Origin: Halocafeteria seosinensis
Taxonomy: Eukaryota
Assembly (NCBI GenBank): GCA_001687465.1
Contig: LVLI01000177.1
Coordinates: forward strand, 1-64,000
Direction of reading: 5' to 3'
Length of the DNA stretch: 64,000 nt
A program made the translations under genes and the position numbers. Position 1 is the stretch's first letter, and each line of letters begins with the position of its first letter. Shown piece after piece: positions 60,558-64,000 of the stretch. The notes under the pieces are model-generated. The model was not told where the DNA came from. It did no database searches and was given only the letters and a program-made list of their open reading frames with translations.

Positions 60558-62921
60558 ATGCTAAGGATCCCAAAGATGGGTAGCAAGCGGTACTACATAA
60601 TGCCCCTATCACGCTTCCTGCGCATTCCACGGTCGTGCTTGTGCCGTGGAATCATACAACCACGACACCACATTTTCCATGGGAATGCTTGTGCAGGAGG
60701 AGGAGCACAAGCGCGATGGATCAGTTCCCTGCACGGCATTGATGTCACGTGCAACAGTCCTGATGCCGTCACACTGTATGATACCGCCGTCAGCCAATAT
60801 TTGGCTCTTTCGGGGGACCCTGCCGGGAATTTAGAGGCCGCCATGAAGCATGATCCAGGCTTTGTGTTGGCCCATAGCATGCTAGCAGTGCTCTATTTGC
60901 TCTCCGGGAACGCGTCCGGACAGCACCCGGTGGTGATGAAATTACGACGACGAGCGCAGATTCTGGTGTCCAAAGGACACTGTACGCACCGGGAGAGAAT
61001 CCATGTGGCAGCTATGACCGCACTCGCGGAAGGACGGTGGCGCGAAGCGACGGCCATTTGGGAAGCCTGGCTGCTGGAGCAGCCCGTGGATGCCCTGACG
61101 GTGCGACATTTACATGATGCGTACTTCTTTCTCGGGGATAAGCGCAACCTCAAAGACAGCGTCGGGAGAGTCCTAGGGGCCTGGGATAGTGAGCACCCTG
61201 AATATCTCAAAGTTTGTGGAATGTTTGCGTTTGGCGCGGAGGAATGCAACAATTACCAGCTTGCAGAAGATCAGGGTATGAGGGCTCTATCTCAAGACAC
61301 GCGAGATCCCTGGGCTTGTACGTGATCACAGTGCTTGGCGCTCTCTTTCTCAAGCCTTCCCTTATACGTGTATTGTTTCCTTTTTTTTGTTTATCCAGTG
61401 CATGCTGTCGTTCATGTGTATGAAATGCTTGGTAGACGATATGAGGGGCAACGACTACTTCGAGATACAAGGTGGTTCTGGTCAGAGGCGAACCTACTAC
61501 ACTGCCATCTACATTGGCATTGGGGACTATTTCAAATTGAAGAGGGGCAGTTTGAGAGGTCCTTCATTCGATACGACTGGTGGATTCGTGAAAATCACAG
61601 CCCCGAAGCGATGGATCTTGTCGACGCTGCCTCGTTTCTCTGGAGACTGGAGCTGACCGGAAATAATGTATTTGATAGATGGGAAGAGCTGGTGTGTAGC
61701 TACCGCAATACGCTGTCTGGAGTTGGTTGCAATGAGCGATGTTTAATATTTCCTTAATGTGCAGGTTCCCTACGTTGAGCCGTTGATGCATACACATGCC
61801 ATGGTCTTTGTCGATGCTCACATAGCTATGGTCTTGGCAGCAGCAGGGAGAGATGAGTTACTACAGGTACAGAGACATGAGTGCTTTCTGCTGAATCGTT
61901 GCAATGTTATTCATATGTCATGTGTTCACAGGAATTCCTTGACTCTATGAGACAATTTGCGTACGGCTCGTCCTTGTACTCGGAAGCGTACTCGTCTTCC
62001 ATCATCTCCTCGATAGATCCAGTCGAGGATGTAGACTGGATGTGGAGCGGGGTCGAAAATGAGTGGACAGAAGAACAATTCGAGGCTGCAGCTAGGAATC
62101 GCCACTCCGGTACTGATCGAGGAACCTCGAACGCGCCTGCACTCTCTGCGAGGACGTTTGAGCCTGGGTTCTCGAACCAACAGCCTATTGAAGGTGAAAT
62201 TTCCTACTTTCCAACGAACGTGGAAGATCCTGAAGAGTATGATACTTCGTATATGCCCATTCCTGACTTTGAACTGGGTGATCATCTAGAAAGTCGAGAG
62301 ACACGAGTGTCTAGTGACCCGTTCAAGCAGCAAGAGCTGACAGCGCACGGAGCCGGTGGATATACAATGAGACCAGTACTGACATGTCCTATGTCCTCGC
62401 TACCTGTTTTGCCTTTGCGCCCTCACTCCACCCAAGAGGATGGTGTTGATGACGTTGTGTCGCTTGGAGGAGTAGGTGGATTCGGGTTAGGGTCTCATTC
62501 AATCCATGATCAACGGTATTTAGCTGCATCTATTGGAGTTCCATTGGTCGAGGGGCTGATAGCATATCGTCACGGGCATTACGAGCTTTGTGTTGATAAA
62601 CTGATGCCACTGCGTTCCCTTTGGATGTACATTGGTGGCTCCCATGCTCAGCTGGATGTGTTTAACCAGACACTGGAAGCCGCGGCTACTCAGAGCAAGC
62701 AGTATTTACTTTCTCGAGCACTCCTGCGTGAACGCGTGACCAAAAATCCAAATAGCGGTCTCGCCATGTACCATCTCTCTTCTATTTTGTTCGGAACTGG
62801 AGAGTACCGAAAGGCTGCTCATGCGCGTGACCGTGCACTGCGTTTAGGCTTAGGGGAGGAACGAGTTGGAACTCCGCAAGTGAGAGCCATGACGAAAACG
62901 GAGGATTCCTGGTATCAGTGA
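60558..62921 (+). CDS. TTC38: Tetratricopeptide repeat protein 38-like (multi-exon; exact start uncertain)
   Basis: Motifs GMFAFGAEE, DPWA/VHAVVHVYEM, HCHLHWHWGL, DLVDAASFLWRLEL and IGGSHAQLDVF. Presequence-like N-terminus. Confidence 0.88.
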
Positions 62922-63288
62922 GGCCGGTGGTAGTTTTTCCGTTTTTGTCTCGAAACAACAAACAGAGTTGCAGTCACAGTGTTACGATAAAGAAAAGCAA
63001 CCCTACTTCCAAAGGGGAGACGGAACCTCAGCTCGTGGTACTTCAATAGCAAGCAAGTTTTCTATATATCTCTCCGAGTACCAAGGATGACTAAAGGAAA
63101 GTACTTGAACAGTGTTGTGCCACTGGAGTGAGAACGCAATTGTGAATTGTTCGAAAAAATGCCTTAGTAGATGCCTTTCATCATGGACTATTGTTATGCA
63201 CGAGAAAGACGGGTAAATCTCTTCGCTGTTCGAAATACCACCAATCCAATCCAATCCAAAACCCATGATGATGATGTTCGAAGCCAGT

Positions 63289-63651
63289 TTATTCGGATCC
63301 TTCCACCGTGACCTCTACGTCTACGTCCGGTTCCAAGGTGACCTGAGTGATCTGCTTGACAACCTCAGCTGGGGAGTGAAGATCCAAAAGTCTCTTGTGG
63401 ATGCGCATTTCGAATCGATCCCAGGTGTTAGTACCTTCACCACAAGGTGACTTCCTGGTGGTAATGGCCAAGGTTTTGGTGGGCAGACGAACTGGCCCAG
63501 CCACTTTGAGTCCCTTGTCCACGGCACCGCGCTTCAGTTCAGTGCACACTTTTTCCACGGATTCCACATTACGACTGGTTAAGGTAATGCGAATGCGGTG
63601 AATGGGGGATTCCTCGGCTCCTGCCGCTTGTTTTCCTTTCAGCATCGACAT
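63289..63651 (-). CDS. RPS20: 40S ribosomal protein S20 (uS10)
   Basis: Motifs [13 protein letters not shown] and [40 protein letters not shown]. Confidence 0.98.
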   Translation of the reverse strand: MSMLKGKQAAGAEESPIHRIRITLTSRNVESVEKVCTELKRGAVDKGLKVAGPVRLPTKTLAITTRKSPCGEGTNTWDRFEMRIHKRLLDLHSPAEVVKQITQVTLEPDVDVEVTVEGSE

Positions 63652-64000
63652 TTTTCGTGTTTTGACCCGACGGCTGCATTTATTCAAGATACGTAAATTA
63701 ACACGTGGAAACTCTCTTGGTATATCGTCTATGTGCACAGTATAGCGCAGTGAATGAAATGAATATGGACACCACCGAGAAAACTACAAAAACCCCACGG
63801 GCCAGCCTAAAGGGCCTCCCAAAGGGGGAGTCGAACAAAGAGGGGGCTTTCACTAAGCCTCTCGTATGTGTGAAGGTGGGACACAGCAACTTACCTCGTT
63901 CTTTAAACAATGACAGACACGAGACAATTACGTGAGGTCAAAATTTTGCGTTTCACTGTTCGTCTCTTTATATGAGAGAGAAACAATAGTCCATGATGGT

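Noticed and set aside
63889..63897. ACTTACCT as the 5' end of U1 snRNA
   Set aside because: The downstream sequence lacks recognisable U1 stem-loops. It is better explained as the complement of a minus-strand splice donor.

Overview
This is gene-dense eukaryotic nuclear DNA in the standard code, with short GT-AG introns (mostly about 63-82 nt). IFT80 and WDR90 point to a flagellated protist. The overall character suggests a stramenopile, but that is inference only. About 23 protein-coding genes can be supported. Named genes: RRP15, TPX2-like, IFT80, TTC5, WDR90/POC16, mitochondrial-type IleRS, NSE4, intronless PRP8, ABHD13, TTC38 and RPS20. Family-level calls: a FAM173-like methyltransferase, a RuvC-fold resolvase, two signal-peptide CX5R phosphatase paralogs, a POLD4-like/zinc-knuckle protein, a RibD_C-like protein and two GLUG-like surface-protein paralogs. 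One of the latter is a 2321-aa mucin-stalked membrane protein with a large repetitive cytoplasmic tail. The standout is a gene at 26161-29121: a canonical LOV blue-light sensor domain (GRNCRFLQG) lies in the same exon as the NBD of a complete ABCG half-transporter, making it a candidate light-regulated ABC transporter. All family calls rest on motifs recognised by eye and intron boundaries were read manually. No searches were run.
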